Shown here in pieces: positions 41,983 to 53,358 of a DNA stretch of 64,000 nt; position 1 is the stretch's first letter, and each line of letters starts with the position of its first letter. Location: assembly GCA_963714975.1 (NCBI GenBank), contig CAVQQD010000002.1:128001-192000 (forward strand), given 5' to 3'. A model generated the notes under the pieces. The model saw nothing but the letters and a program-made list of their open reading frames with translations, ran no database searches and was not told the DNA's origin. The position numbers and the translations under genes are program-made. The DNA is from an uncultured Gammaproteobacteria bacterium (GTDB lineage Bacteria > Pseudomonadota > Gammaproteobacteria > JAURND01).

Positions 41983-44900
41983 GTGCCAATGGCATCAAAT
42001 ACGATGACGAATTCTGCAACTCCAACTTACTCAAATACAGAAAAGAAGCGCATACGCAAAAGCTTCGGTAAGAGCCAGACTGCGATGGCTATTCCCTACA
42101 TGCTACGTTCGCAATTGGATTCTTATAAAGCATTTTTGCAAACGGGTATTCCTGTCAGTCAGCGCACTGACACTGGTTTACATGCTGCTTTCAAGTCTGT
42201 TTTTCCCATTGGCAGTTATTCTGGGAACGCCATATTAGAGTATGTGAGTTATAGTTTGGGGGAGCCAGCTTTTGATGAAAAAGAATGTAAATCCCGAGGG
42301 TTAACTTACGAAGCTCCTTTACGGGCAACACTGCGTTTGGTCATTTTCGACAAAGAAGGCGCTGGAAAAGGGCAAAGCATCAAAGATATTCGCGAGCAAG
42401 AAGTGTTTATGCATGGCTTGCCGCTCATGACTGGCACTGGCAGTTTTATTATTAATGGTACCGAGCGCGTGGTGGTCTCGCAATTGCATCGGTCCCCGGG
42501 TGTTTTCTTCGAGCATGACAAAGGCAAAACGCACTCCTCAGGTAAATTACTGTATTCAGCTCGGATTATTCCCTACCGTGGCTCGTGGTTGGATTTTGAA
42601 TTCGATCCAAAAGATTTACTCTTTGTTCGCATTGATCGTCGTCGCAAATTGCCTGTTGGTATCCTATTGCGCGCTTTGGGTTTGAATACCGAAGAGATTC
42701 TGCGTACTTTTTATGACATGAATCAATTTCATGTTAAGGATCATGAATTTGTATTAGATCTTATTCCAGCTCGCTTAAGAGGGGAAATTGCTTTTGATGA
42801 TATTACAGCCAAGGACGGAAAAGTTTTAGTTGAAAAAGATCGCCGTATTTCCTTGCGCCATATTCGTCTACTGGAAAAAGCTGGGATAAATCAATTAAAA
42901 GTGCCGACTGAATATCTTCATGGTAAAGTCATTGGTGAGTCAATAATTGATCCTAATACAGGTGAAATACTCATCGAGTCCAATACGGAAATAACTCATG
43001 AGGTACTGAATAAATTAAGAAAAGCCGACATTAATTCATTTAAAGTTTTGTATACCAACGACTTAGATCGTGGTGCTTATATTTCTGACACACTCCGTAC
43101 CGATACGACCAATAGTCAGTTAGAAGCGTTAGTAGAAATTTATCGCATGATGCGACCAGGAGAGCCTCCTACCAAAGAAGCCGCAGAAAATCTTTTCCAA
43201 AGCTTATTTTTTGTGCCAGAACGATACGACCTTTCTGCTGTAGGTCGGATGAAATTTAATCGTCGGGTAGGGCGTGAGACTTTAACCGGCTCTGGAACCC
43301 TGTCTAAAGAAGATATTGTCGATGTAATTAAGGTGATGATCGATATTCGTGATGGACGAGGAGAAGTGGATGATATCGACCACTTGGGAAATCGTCGGGT
43401 GCGTAGTGTGGGTGAAATGACTGAGAATCAATTTCGGGTCGGTTTAGTCCGAGTCGAGCGCGCGGTTAAAGATCGTTTAAGCTTGACTGATATTGAAAGT
43501 TTAATGCCCCAAGATTTAATTAACGCGAAACCCATTTCAGCTACCATCAAAGAATTTTTTGGATCTAGCCAATTATCACAGTTTATGGATCAAGATAATC
43601 CTCTATCCGAGGTGACTCATAAGCGTCGTGTTTCTGCTTTAGGCCCAGGGGGCCTTACGCGAGAACGAGCCAGTTTTGAGGTGCGTGACGTGCATCCGAC
43701 CCACTATGGTCGCGTTTGCCCGATTGAAACTCCTGAAGGTCCAAACATTGGTTTGATTAATTCCTTAGCGGTGTTTGCTAGAACTAATCAGTATGGATTT
43801 CTAGAAACCCCTTACCGAAAAGTCGTGGACGGTCGGGTCACCGGGGAGATCGATTATCTGTCGGCCATTGATGAAGGACAATATTATATTGCCCAAGCCA
43901 ATACTCGACTCGACAAGCAAGGTCATTTATTAGGCGAGCTAATTTCCTGTCGTTGCAAGGGAGAGACTTCGTTTTCAACCCCTGATAAAGTCAATTATAT
44001 GGATGTTTCTCCAACGCAAATGGTTTCGGTAGCAGCCGCGCTCATTCCTTTTTTAGAACATGACGATGCGAACCGTGCTTTGATGGGATCCAATATGCAG
44101 CGCCAAGCGGTGCCGAATTTGCGCACTGAAAAACCCCTAATTGGCACAGGCATAGAACGGGTGGTCGCCATTGATTCAGGGGTCGCTATTGTTGCCAAAC
44201 GCAAAGGTGTGGTTGATTTTGTGGATGCTTCGCGAATTGTGGTTCGAGCGAATGAGGAAGAAGTGGGCGCTGATGAATCCAGCGTGGACATCTATTCGCT
44301 AACCAAATTTACCCGCTCTAACAAAAATACCTGCATCAATCAACGTCCCTTAGTGGAAGTGGGAGGCGAAGTTGAACCAGGAGATGTCTTGGCGGATGGT
44401 CCTTCCACCGATTTGGGAGAGTTAGCTTTAGGCCAAAATTTATTAGTGGCCTTTATGCCCTGGAATGGTTACAACTTTGAAGATTCCATCATCATCTCGG
44501 AACGTTTAGTGGAAGAAGATCGTTTTACCACCATTCACATTCAAGAGCTGACTTGTGTGGCTCGGGACACGAAATTAGGCCCCGAGGAAATCACTGCCGA
44601 TATTCCCAATGTGGGTGAAGGGGCTTTAGCTAAGTTAGATAAATCCGGTATTGTTTATATTGGTGCGGAAGTGGAGATGGGCGATATTCTAGTAGGTAAA
44701 GTCACTCCCAAAGGTGAAACCCAGCTCACACCAGAAGAGAAATTGCTTAGGGCTATTTTTGGTGAAAAAGCTTCCGATGTGAAGGATTCTTCATTACGCG
44801 TTCCTCCGGGCTCAAATGGTACTGTCATTGGTGTACAAATTTTTACTCGTGATGGCGCCAAAAAAGACGAGCGTGCTTTAGCAATTGAAAAAGCAGATAT

Positions 44901-46104
44901 TGATGCCATCAAAAAAGATCTCGATGATGAGTTACGAATTAAAGAAGATGCTTTGTATCGACGCGTCGAGAATTTATTGGTGGGTAAAGTCGTGCAACGG
45001 GGGCCAGGTGGTTTGAAATCAGGTCAAAAGGTCACTCAGACTTATTTACAAGACCTGTTACGGGAGAAATGGTTTGACGTCCATTTAAAAGAAGAAACCA
45101 GTGCTGAAAGGCTAGAATCCTACGCTAACCAATTAAAAGAATTACGTAAAGATCACGACATTAAACTTGACCAAAAACGCCGAAAATTAGTGGAGGGAGA
45201 CGACTTAGCTCCTGGCGTTATTAAGATTGTGAAGGTTTATCTGGCCGTGAAAAGAAAGATTCAGCCAGGGGATAAGATGGCAGGACGACACGGCAATAAA
45301 GGGGTTATTTCCACTATTGTTCCGGTGGAAGATATGCCTTATTTGGCTGATGGCACCCCGGTGGATATTGTCTTAAATCCGCTCGGCGTACCTTCGCGTA
45401 TGAACGTGGGTCAAGTACTTGAATGCCATTTAGGTTGGGCAGCGAAAGGCCTAGGCCGAAAAATTAATCAAATGCTTGAGGAGCAACGAAAAGCCACGGA
45501 ATTACGTCAATTTTTAGATAAAATTTATAACTTAGGAACGGAAATTAAAACCGATTTCAGTAAATTTAGTGAAGAAGAAATACAAACCTTAGCGCATAAT
45601 CTGACCGATGGGGTTCCGATTGCCACCCCAGTATTCGATGGGGCAAACGAAACTGAAATTAAAGAAATGCTGAAATTAGCCGGTCTTCCTGAGTCAGGCC
45701 AGGTCACCTTATATGATGGACGTACTGGTGAGAGCTTTGCCCGCGACATTACCATTGGGTATATGTATATGCTCAAGCTCAACCACTTAGTAGATGACAA
45801 AATGCACGCGCGTTCCACCGGCTCTTATAGTTTGGTCACTCAGCAACCTCTGGGTGGTAAGGCGCAATTTGGTGGTCAGCGTTTTGGTGAAATGGAAGTA
45901 TGGGCGCTGGAAGCTTATGGTGCTTCTTATACCTTACAGGAAATGTTGACAGTGAAGTCAGACGATGTCAGTGGTCGTACCAAAATGTATAAAAACGTGG
46001 TTGATGGTGACCATCGCATGGAACCAGGTATGCCGGAATCCTTTAATGTGTTGGTGAAAGAAATTCGCTCATTAGCTATTAATATGGAGCTTGAGCACGA
46101 GTAA
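41983..46104 (+). CDS. rpoB: RNA polymerase beta subunit
   Basis: [32 protein letters not shown]; exact start uncertain (41983-42004). Confidence 0.99.
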   Translation: MPMASNTMTNSATPTYSNTEKKRIRKSFGKSQTAMAIPYMLRSQLDSYKAFLQTGIPVSQRTDTGLHAAFKSVFPIGSYSGNAILEYVSYSLGEPAFDEKECKSRGLTYEAPLRATLRLVIFDKEGAGKGQSIKDIREQEVFMHGLPLMTGTGSFIINGTERVVVSQLHRSPGVFFEHDKGKTHSSGKLLYSARIIPYRGSWLDFEFDPKDLLFVRIDRRRKLPVGILLRALGLNTEEILRTFYDMNQFHVKDHEFVLDLIPARLRGEIAFDDITAKDGKVLVEKDRRISLRHIRLLEKAGINQLKVPTEYLHGKVIGESIIDPNTGEILIESNTEITHEVLNKLRKADINSFKVLYTNDLDRGAYISDTLRTDTTNSQLEALVEIYRMMRPGEPPTKEAAENLFQSLFFVPERYDLSAVGRMKFNRRVGRETLTGSGTLSKEDIVDVIKVMIDIRDGRGEVDDIDHLGNRRVRSVGEMTENQFRVGLVRVERAVKDRLSLTDIESLMPQDLINAKPISATIKEFFGSSQLSQFMDQDNPLSEVTHKRRVSALGPGGLTRERASFEVRDVHPTHYGRVCPIETPEGPNIGLINSLAVFARTNQYGFLETPYRKVVDGRVTGEIDYLSAIDEGQYYIAQANTRLDKQGHLLGELISCRCKGETSFSTPDKVNYMDVSPTQMVSVAAALIPFLEHDDANRALMGSNMQRQAVPNLRTEKPLIGTGIERVVAIDSGVAIVAKRKGVVDFVDASRIVVRANEEEVGADESSVDIYSLTKFTRSNKNTCINQRPLVEVGGEVEPGDVLADGPSTDLGELALGQNLLVAFMPWNGYNFEDSIIISERLVEEDRFTTIHIQELTCVARDTKLGPEEITADIPNVGEGALAKLDKSGIVYIGAEVEMGDILVGKVTPKGETQLTPEEKLLRAIFGEKASDVKDSSLRVPPGSNGTVIGVQIFTRDGAKKDERALAIEKADIDAIKKDLDDELRIKEDALYRRVENLLVGKVVQRGPGGLKSGQKVTQTYLQDLLREKWFDVHLKEETSAERLESYANQLKELRKDHDIKLDQKRRKLVEGDDLAPGVIKIVKVYLAVKRKIQPGDKMAGRHGNKGVISTIVPVEDMPYLADGTPVDIVLNPLGVPSRMNVGQVLECHLGWAAKGLGRKINQMLEEQRKATELRQFLDKIYNLGTEIKTDFSKFSEEEIQTLAHNLTDGVPIATPVFDGANETEIKEMLKLAGLPESGQVTLYDGRTGESFARDITIGYMYMLKLNHLVDDKMHARSTGSYSLVTQQPLGGKAQFGGQRFGEMEVWALEAYGASYTLQEMLTVKSDDVSGRTKMYKNVVDGDHRMEPGMPESFNVLVKEIRSLAINMELEHE

Positions 46105-46141
46105 TTATAATTCCTCTATTTTGAATCACAGGAGAATAGCT

Positions 46142-49100
46142 TTGGCTGCTTTGCAAGATTTAGTTGGTTTTATCCGAAAAGAACGTACTGAAGAGTTTGA
46201 TGCTATCCGTATTAGCTTGGCTTCTCCAGATATGATCCGCTCTTGGTCGTATGGTGAAGTTAAAAAACCAGAGACCATCAATTATCGTACGTTTAAACCT
46301 GAGCGTGATGGTTTGTTTTGTGCCAAAATTTTTGGCCCGGTTAAAGACTATGAGTGCTTGTGCGGCAAGTACAAACGTCTCAAACATCGAGGAGTTATTT
46401 GCGAAAAATGTGGCGTTGAAGTCACTTTGGCGAAAGTCCGGCGTGATCGGATGGGACATGTTGAGTTGGCAAGCCCAGTTGCGCACATTTGGTATTTAAA
46501 ATCTTTGCCTTCTCGCATTGGGTTATTGCTGGATATGACACTGCGAGATATTGAACGAATTCTGTATTTTGAAGCTTTTGTGGTAGTTGAGCCTGGCATG
46601 ACTCCGCTCAAGCTGGGTCAACTGCTTTCTGAAGAAGCTTATCTAGATGCCGTTGAAGAGTATGGCGATGAGTTTGAAGCCTACATGGGTGCGGAGGCCA
46701 TCCAGCGTCTATTAAAAGGCATCGATTTAGAAACAGAAATTGCTAACTTGCGTGAGGAAATTCCAAATACCAGTTCTGAAACACGCCTCAAGAAACTGAC
46801 GAAACGCCTTAAAGTGATGGAAGCCTTTTTAGCTTCGGGTAATCGACCAGAATGGATGGTTCTCAATGTACTTCCAGTATTACCACCGGACATTCGTCCT
46901 TTAGTTCCTTTGGATGGTGGACGTTTTGCTACCTCGGATCTCAATGACCTCTATCGTCGAGTAATCAATCGCAATAATCGTCTCAAGCGCTTACTGGATT
47001 TAAATGCTCCTGACATCATTGTGCGTAATGAAAAGCGGATGTTGCAGGAAGCAGTGGATGCATTATTAGACAATGGCCGACGTGGTCGAGCGATTACGGG
47101 CGCAAATCGCCGTCCACTGAAATCCTTAGCTGACATGATAAAGGGTAAGCAAGGTCGTTTCCGCCAAAACCTATTAGGTAAACGCGTAGATTATTCGGGT
47201 CGCTCAGTGATTGTAGTAGGCCCCACCTTACGTTTGCATCAATGCGGCTTGCCCAAGAAAATGGCTCTGGAATTATTTAAGCCTTATATTTTTGGTAAAT
47301 TGCAGCGCCGTGGCTTAGCCAGCACGATTAAAGCAGCCAAAAAAATGGTCGACCACGAAGCGCCTGAGGTTTGGGATATCTTAGAAGAGGTGATTCGCGA
47401 ACATCCGGTATTGCTAAACCGTGCTCCTACCTTGCACCGTTTAGGTATTCAAGCATTTGAACCCGTGTTGATTGAGGGCAAGGCGATCCAATTACATCCC
47501 TTGGTCTGTACTGCTTACAATGCGGACTTTGACGGTGACCAAATGGCGGTGCATGTGCCATTAACTCTCGAGGCGCAACTAGAAGCCCGCTCCTTGATGA
47601 TGTCGACCAATAATATTTTGTCCCCTGCTAACGGTGAACCGATTATTGTGCCGACTCAAGATGTGGTATTGGGCTTATACTTTGCGACGCGTGATCGCAT
47701 CAATGCCAAAGGGGAAGGCATGGTGTTTGCTGACTCTGCCGAAGTGCACCGTGCTTATGGGAATAATGCGGTGGAACTGCAGGCAAAGATTAAGGTCCGT
47801 CTCCAGGAAGTGAATTTTGATGCGCAAGGGGAGCGCCAAGAAGTCACTAAATTATTTGATACGACGGTAGGTCGTGCCCTGTTCTGGGATGTGGTGCCCG
47901 AAGGTTTGCCTTTTGAGTTAGTCAATCAACCGATGACCAAAAAAGCGGTTTCTCGTTTACTAAACACCTGTTACCGCGAATTAGGTTTGAAAGCTTCGGT
48001 GATTTTTGCCGATCATCTGATGTATGCTGGCTTTCGTTATGCCACGCTCTCCGGGGTGTCGATTGGGATAGAAGACTTGGTAATTCCCGACACTAAATAC
48101 GACATTATTAGAAAGGCAGAGGAAGAAGTCCGTGAAATTGAGGCACAGTTTGCCTCAGGTTTAGTAACTCAGGGTGAGCGTAAAAATAAAGTGGTGGATA
48201 TTTGGTCCCATACCAATGACCAAGTGGCTAAGGCGATGATGGAAAAAATATCTACAGAAATGGTTGTGGATGCTAAAAATGAAGCGGTACGTCAGCCTTC
48301 CTTTAATTCCATCTTTATGATGGCCGATTCGGGCGCTAGAGGATCAGCAGCCCAAATCCGGCAGTTAGCAGGTATGCGTGGTTTGATGGCAAAACCCGAT
48401 GGAACGATTATGGAAACCCCGATTACCGCCAACTTCCGCGAAGGTTTGAGTGTATTACAGTATTTTATTTCAACCCATGGCGCCCGCAAAGGTTTGGCAG
48501 ACACCGCACTTAAAACGGCTAATTCAGGATACTTAACCCGTCGTTTAGTCGATGTTGCCCAAGATATGGTGGTCAGTGAACACGATTGCGGTACTGAAGA
48601 TGGTGTTATGATTGCCGCTCATATTGAAGGTGGCGATGTCGTTGAGCCCTTACGCGACCGTGTATTAGGACGCGTCTTGGCTGAAGAAGTCTATAATCCT
48701 GAAACTAATGACATTGTCATAGCGCAGAATACCTTGTTAGATGAGCGTTTAGTGGCCACTTTGGATGAATGCAATGTGGATCGGGTGAAAGTGCGTTCGG
48801 CTATTACTTGCCAATCCCAGTTTGGTATTTGCGCGATGTGTTATGGACGTGATTTAGCGCGTGGGCATTTAGTCAACATTGGCGAGGCGGTTGGGGTGAT
48901 TGCAGCACAGTCGATTGGTGAACCAGGTACTCAGTTAACTATGCGTACCTTCCACATCGGTGGTGCGGCTTCACGAACTACTGCGGTGAGCAGCATCCAA
49001 GTAAAATCGAAGGGTATTATTAAGTTACATAATATGAAGACTGTGCATCATAGCAGTGGACATTTGATTGCTGTGTCGCGTTCTGGGGAGCTTTCTGTCA

Positions 49101-50368
49101 TTGATACCAGAGGACGAGAGCGCGAACGTTATAAAGTTCCTTATGGAGCTAATTTAAGCGTAGATGAAGGCTCTGAAATAGAGGCTGGACAAGTCGTCGC
49201 GCAATGGGATCCCCATACCCATCCCATTATTACTGAAGTCGCTGGCTATGTTCAATTCAGCGACTTGATTGATGGGGTCAGTATGAATCGTCAGACCGAT
49301 GAAATTACCGGTTTGAGCAGTTTTGTGGTTACCGGCGTTAAACAGCGGTTGATGGGTGGCAAAGAATTAAGACCCATGGTCAAACTGGTCGATAAGTCCG
49401 GGAAAGATTTGTGTTTACATGGTACGAACTTACCGGCGCATTATTTCTTACCGCATGGCTCGATTGTGACCTTGGAAGATGGAGCCGAAGTCGGTATTGG
49501 TGATGTAATTGCGCGTATCCCACAAGAAACTTCGAAAACCCGTGATATTACCGGAGGTTTACCTAGGGTTGCTGATTTGTTTGAAGCGCGCCGGCCAAAA
49601 GATGCTGCTGTATTAGCCGAAGTTTCAGGCATTGTTGCTTTTGGCAAAGAAACCAAGGACAAACGCCGTCTCATCATTACCAACCCTGAAGCCGAATCCG
49701 ATGTTTATGAAGTGTTAATTCCCAAGTGGCGTCATGTCGCTGTGTTTGAGGGAGAAAGTGTGCAAAAAGGTGAAGTCATTGCCGATGGTCCACGTGATCC
49801 CCATGACATTCTGCGCCTATTAGGGTCTCATACTTTAGCGGATTATATTGTGGGTGAAGTACAGGAAGTGTACCGCTTACAGGGCGTGAAAATTAATGAC
49901 AAGCATATTGAAGTGATTGTGCGGCAGATGTTGAGAAAAGTATTAATCCTCCACCCAGGCGATACTAATTTGCTCAAGGGCGAGCAAGTGGAAAAGAATC
50001 AGCTGATTGAGGAAAATCGAGAAGCGCTAAAAGAGAATAAAAATCCAGCTTTGTATGAGCCTGTGCTGTTAGGTATCACCAAAGCTTCATTGGCCACCGA
50101 ATCGTTCTTTTCAGCAGCGTCTTTCCAAGACACCACTCGAGTGCTGACGGAAGCCTCTGTCAGTGGCAAGCGTGATGTGCTACGTGGCTTAAAAGAAAAT
50201 GTGATTGTGGGTCGATTAATTCCCGCCGGAACTGGATTTGTCTATCATGCCCGGCGCCGTAGTAAGCGTCTAGCTGTCACGGAAGAAGTAGTGGAAGATT
50301 CAGCCACGCAAGCAAGCAAAGCCGAACAAGCATTAAGTGCTGCCTTAAAGTTGGAGAAAGAGGAATGA
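46142..50368 (+). CDS. rpoC: RNA polymerase beta' subunit
   Basis: NADFDGD, Zn-finger CLCGK..CEKC; TTG start after GGAG at 46131. Confidence 0.99.
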   Translation: MAALQDLVGFIRKERTEEFDAIRISLASPDMIRSWSYGEVKKPETINYRTFKPERDGLFCAKIFGPVKDYECLCGKYKRLKHRGVICEKCGVEVTLAKVRRDRMGHVELASPVAHIWYLKSLPSRIGLLLDMTLRDIERILYFEAFVVVEPGMTPLKLGQLLSEEAYLDAVEEYGDEFEAYMGAEAIQRLLKGIDLETEIANLREEIPNTSSETRLKKLTKRLKVMEAFLASGNRPEWMVLNVLPVLPPDIRPLVPLDGGRFATSDLNDLYRRVINRNNRLKRLLDLNAPDIIVRNEKRMLQEAVDALLDNGRRGRAITGANRRPLKSLADMIKGKQGRFRQNLLGKRVDYSGRSVIVVGPTLRLHQCGLPKKMALELFKPYIFGKLQRRGLASTIKAAKKMVDHEAPEVWDILEEVIREHPVLLNRAPTLHRLGIQAFEPVLIEGKAIQLHPLVCTAYNADFDGDQMAVHVPLTLEAQLEARSLMMSTNNILSPANGEPIIVPTQDVVLGLYFATRDRINAKGEGMVFADSAEVHRAYGNNAVELQAKIKVRLQEVNFDAQGERQEVTKLFDTTVGRALFWDVVPEGLPFELVNQPMTKKAVSRLLNTCYRELGLKASVIFADHLMYAGFRYATLSGVSIGIEDLVIPDTKYDIIRKAEEEVREIEAQFASGLVTQGERKNKVVDIWSHTNDQVAKAMMEKISTEMVVDAKNEAVRQPSFNSIFMMADSGARGSAAQIRQLAGMRGLMAKPDGTIMETPITANFREGLSVLQYFISTHGARKGLADTALKTANSGYLTRRLVDVAQDMVVSEHDCGTEDGVMIAAHIEGGDVVEPLRDRVLGRVLAEEVYNPETNDIVIAQNTLLDERLVATLDECNVDRVKVRSAITCQSQFGICAMCYGRDLARGHLVNIGEAVGVIAAQSIGEPGTQLTMRTFHIGGAASRTTAVSSIQVKSKGIIKLHNMKTVHHSSGHLIAVSRSGELSVIDTRGRERERYKVPYGANLSVDEGSEIEAGQVVAQWDPHTHPIITEVAGYVQFSDLIDGVSMNRQTDEITGLSSFVVTGVKQRLMGGKELRPMVKLVDKSGKDLCLHGTNLPAHYFLPHGSIVTLEDGAEVGIGDVIARIPQETSKTRDITGGLPRVADLFEARRPKDAAVLAEVSGIVAFGKETKDKRRLIITNPEAESDVYEVLIPKWRHVAVFEGESVQKGEVIADGPRDPHDILRLLGSHTLADYIVGEVQEVYRLQGVKINDKHIEVIVRQMLRKVLILHPGDTNLLKGEQVEKNQLIEENREALKENKNPALYEPVLLGITKASLATESFFSAASFQDTTRVLTEASVSGKRDVLRGLKENVIVGRLIPAGTGFVYHARRRSKRLAVTEEVVEDSATQASKAEQALSAALKLEKEE

Positions 50369-50391
50369 AAGGCAGATAAATAATGCACCAT

Positions 50392-50429
50392 AAATCCCCC
50401 CTTTGAAAAAGGGGGATAGCGGGGATTTT
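50392..50429. repeat. CCCCCCTTT..AAAGGGGG REP-like hairpin downstream of rpoC
   Basis: aaatcccccctttgaaaaagggggatagcggggatttt; half copy at 18649..18672. Confidence 0.6.
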
Positions 50430-50706
50430 GGGAAAAAATGGCCGAAGGCCGGATTATATTTTTTTTCCACAGGATCTAACATCTCTGCGCGTTTTTCAGA
50501 AATTAACTTATACCGTGCTGCCCATTTTTCGCGAAAACTTTTCAGCCCTGCTGATAAAGTTTGAATCTCGAGAGCCATAGGAACATTTCCTTGGCTAGTA
50601 GCCATCCCAATTGAACCATCCAGCAATTGACAAATTGTTGTAAATGGGAATGTTTGTTTAAGTCTGACTCCTTTGAAACCCAATCGCATTTTATTGGCTG
50701 AGTTGC

Positions 50707-51066
50707 GTGGTGCTTTGGTTTAATTCTTTTGATCATATAAATGCTTTAGAAATATTAATGGCAGAACCTACAGCGATGAAAGCAGATGCAGCTTTAGCCG
50801 AATTAACAGAATTAACTGGAAGTGAAGCCATGGGACGTGTGCAAGGATTTGCTCGTTCGGAGGTGCTAGGTCTTAATAGTTGGCAGATCAGAACCTTAGC
50901 TGAGCTTAAGGACTTGGGATTAAATGCGGATGATCTGCGTAAGCAACCTTTATTTGACGATCTTAATTACCAAGATGCGGCCAGATATTTAATGCGGCTA
51001 AAACAACCTCCTTTGGATGCTAAAGCTGCTATGGATGAATTGCATGGGCTGAGCGCCGAGCTTTAG
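50707..51066 (+). pseudogene. fragment of helical-repeat hypothetical protein
   Basis: Internal repeat (ALEILM..ADAALAEL.EL / AARYLM..AKAAMDEL.GL); no clear start. Confidence 0.35.
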
Positions 51067-51109
51067 TGCCCAGCGTTCAGAGTCTGTCTAGTGATCGGCT
51101 ATGGAAATT

Positions 51110-51181
51110 TCGTGAGCTGCTCAAACTGAACTGAAGTCCCGTAGGCGGGCGACGGGACTTCAGTTCAGTTTGAGCTCACGA
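51110..51181. repeat. palindrome with 24-bp perfect arms
   Basis: gctcaaactgaactgaagtcccgt-N9-acgggacttcagttcagtttgagc. Confidence 0.85.
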
Positions 51182-51312
51182 TTTTTCTAGTTTGCCAGGC
51201 ATTGACCAGGAAGAAATTTCGCCAGAGAGAACTGAAAATTATGTAAACGATTTCTTCAATATCATTGATAGAGCATGTGGTGATGGCGATGATGCACAGC
51301 GCGAAATTTCAC

Positions 51313-52962
51313 CTAAAATGCCTCATTAATAATAGATTGTGCTTCTTCTAAGATACATTGTAGATGATTTTTTCCTTTAAAACTTTCTGCATAAATTTTA
51401 TAAATATCTTCGGTTCCTGATGGGCGTACCGCAAACCAACCATTTTCAGCAATTACTTTTAACCCATCAATGGGCGCATTATTTCCTGGGGCACGAGTAA
51501 GCATAGACTGAATAGGTTCACCGGCTAGTTTTGTAGAGTGTATTTGCTCTGGCGAAATTTTTTTTAATAATTCTTTTTGTGCGGTGGTTGCTGGGGCATC
51601 AATGCGAGCATAATTAGATTTACCCAATTCTTCTTCAAGTATGCTGTAGATCTCGCCTGGATCATGTTTTACCCGCGCAGTCATTTCGGCCGCCAATAAA
51701 CCAGCGATAATGCCATCCTTGTCGGTAGTCCAGACCTTACCGTTTTGTCGCTGGAAAGAAGCACCACCACTTTCTTCACCACCAAAACCTAGGGAGCCAT
51801 TTAGTAGTCCATCGACGAACCATTTGAAACCAACTGGCACTTCATAGAGTTTGCAATCCAGTTTAGCATTAATCCGATCAATGATTTGGCTGCTGACCAA
51901 TGTTTTGCCAACGGCAGTTAATTTAGACCAACTAGGACGATGCTGAAAGAGGTAGAAAATGGCAGTGGCTAGATAATGATTAGGAGGTAACAAACCGGCA
52001 CTGCGGGTGATAATCCCATGTCGATCGTGATCGGCATCACAAGCAAAAGCGACGTCAAAGCGATCTTTCAGACTAATAAGGCTTTGCATGGCATAGGGTG
52101 AGGAAGGATCCGTGCGAATCTGACCATCCCAATCCACAGTCATGAAGCGAAAAGTGGGATCGATCATGTCATTTACTATCGTCAGATCTAGTTGGTAGCG
52201 TTCGGCAATAGCTGGCCAATAGTGCACGCCAGCACCACCCAGAGGATCAACACCCATGTGAATATGGGCGTCACGAATTATTTTCATATCAATAACTTGA
52301 TCAAGATCATTAACATAATTGTTTAGATAATCATGTGTATGCGTTGTAGTGGCACGAAGTGCTTGTGTTAAGGGAATTCTTTTTGTGCTGTTTAATTGGT
52401 TGCTTAGAAGTTCATTTGCTTTAGTTTCAATCCAATTAGTAATAGCTTGATCGGCTGGCCCACCGGTGGGTGGATTGTATTTAAAACCACCAGCCTGAGG
52501 TGGATTATGCGAAGGAGTGATTACAATCCCGTCGGCCAACCCGGTAGTACGATCACGATTATACGTCAGTATAGCGTGAGAAATTGCTGGGGTAGGAGTG
52601 TATTCATCTCGTGTGGAGGTCATCACTTCTACGCTGTTGGCTGCTAATACCTCAAGTGCGCTGGCAAAAGCAGGTGCTGAAAGCGCATGGGTATCGAAGC
52701 CGATGAATAAGGGGCCGTTGATGTTATGTTGTGCACGATATAAGCAAATAGCTTGAGTGATAGCTAGAATATGCCATTCATTGAAACTATTTGTAAGGGA
52801 GGAACCTCGATGCCCGGAAGTGCCAAATGAGACCCGTTGTGCAGGTAGGCTGGGATCAGGTACTTCCGTATAGTAAGCAGTGAGGAGTTTTGGCACATTG
52901 ACCAATAGCGAAGCTGGGGCGGGCTTGCCAGCAAGGGGACTAATATGCTCCGGGTTGTACAT
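51313..52962 (-). CDS. pgm: phosphoglucomutase (alpha-D-glucose-phosphate specific)
   Basis: FGTSGHRG, TPSHNPP, DADHDR, GEESGG, RPSGTE. Confidence 0.95.
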   Translation of the reverse strand: MYNPEHISPLAGKPAPASLLVNVPKLLTAYYTEVPDPSLPAQRVSFGTSGHRGSSLTNSFNEWHILAITQAICLYRAQHNINGPLFIGFDTHALSAPAFASALEVLAANSVEVMTSTRDEYTPTPAISHAILTYNRDRTTGLADGIVITPSHNPPQAGGFKYNPPTGGPADQAITNWIETKANELLSNQLNSTKRIPLTQALRATTTHTHDYLNNYVNDLDQVIDMKIIRDAHIHMGVDPLGGAGVHYWPAIAERYQLDLTIVNDMIDPTFRFMTVDWDGQIRTDPSSPYAMQSLISLKDRFDVAFACDADHDRHGIITRSAGLLPPNHYLATAIFYLFQHRPSWSKLTAVGKTLVSSQIIDRINAKLDCKLYEVPVGFKWFVDGLLNGSLGFGGEESGGASFQRQNGKVWTTDKDGIIAGLLAAEMTARVKHDPGEIYSILEEELGKSNYARIDAPATTAQKELLKKISPEQIHSTKLAGEPIQSMLTRAPGNNAPIDGLKVIAENGWFAVRPSGTEDIYKIYAESFKGKNHLQCILEEAQSIINEAF

Positions 52963-53189
52963 GTTGTAATTCCTTTTACCCCATGGGCCCAAGTCCATAG
53001 AGAATATGGTTTTAAATATTTTTTATCCTATATTGTATTATAGAAGGTAAAACGTAGAATTAGGTCTGTCATCAAGGCTCGTCGTCCCGGCATGGATGCC
53101 GGGACGACGTAGGGGGTAACCACCGGGACGACGTACTCATTCCGAATTCAATGCGATTGCCATGCCTGGAGACCGGATACTCTATCTAT

Positions 53190-53255
53190 AATTTATCCAT
53201 CGTGCCGTAAGACCCCGCCATGAATGACGGGGTCTTACGGCACGATGGATAAATT
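53190..53255. repeat. 28-bp perfect inverted repeat resembling an IS200/IS605 end hairpin
   Basis: aatttatccatcgtgccgtaagaccccg-N10-cggggtcttacggcacgatggataaatt. Confidence 0.85.
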
Positions 53256-53358
53256 GGGCCTATGAAGTTTGAGTGGGTAACATCCCTTCTCTCACAGGTT
53301 TTGCTATGGGAGAAGGTGGCCGTCAGGCCGGATGAGGGTGCATTTAGGGTTCAGTTTG

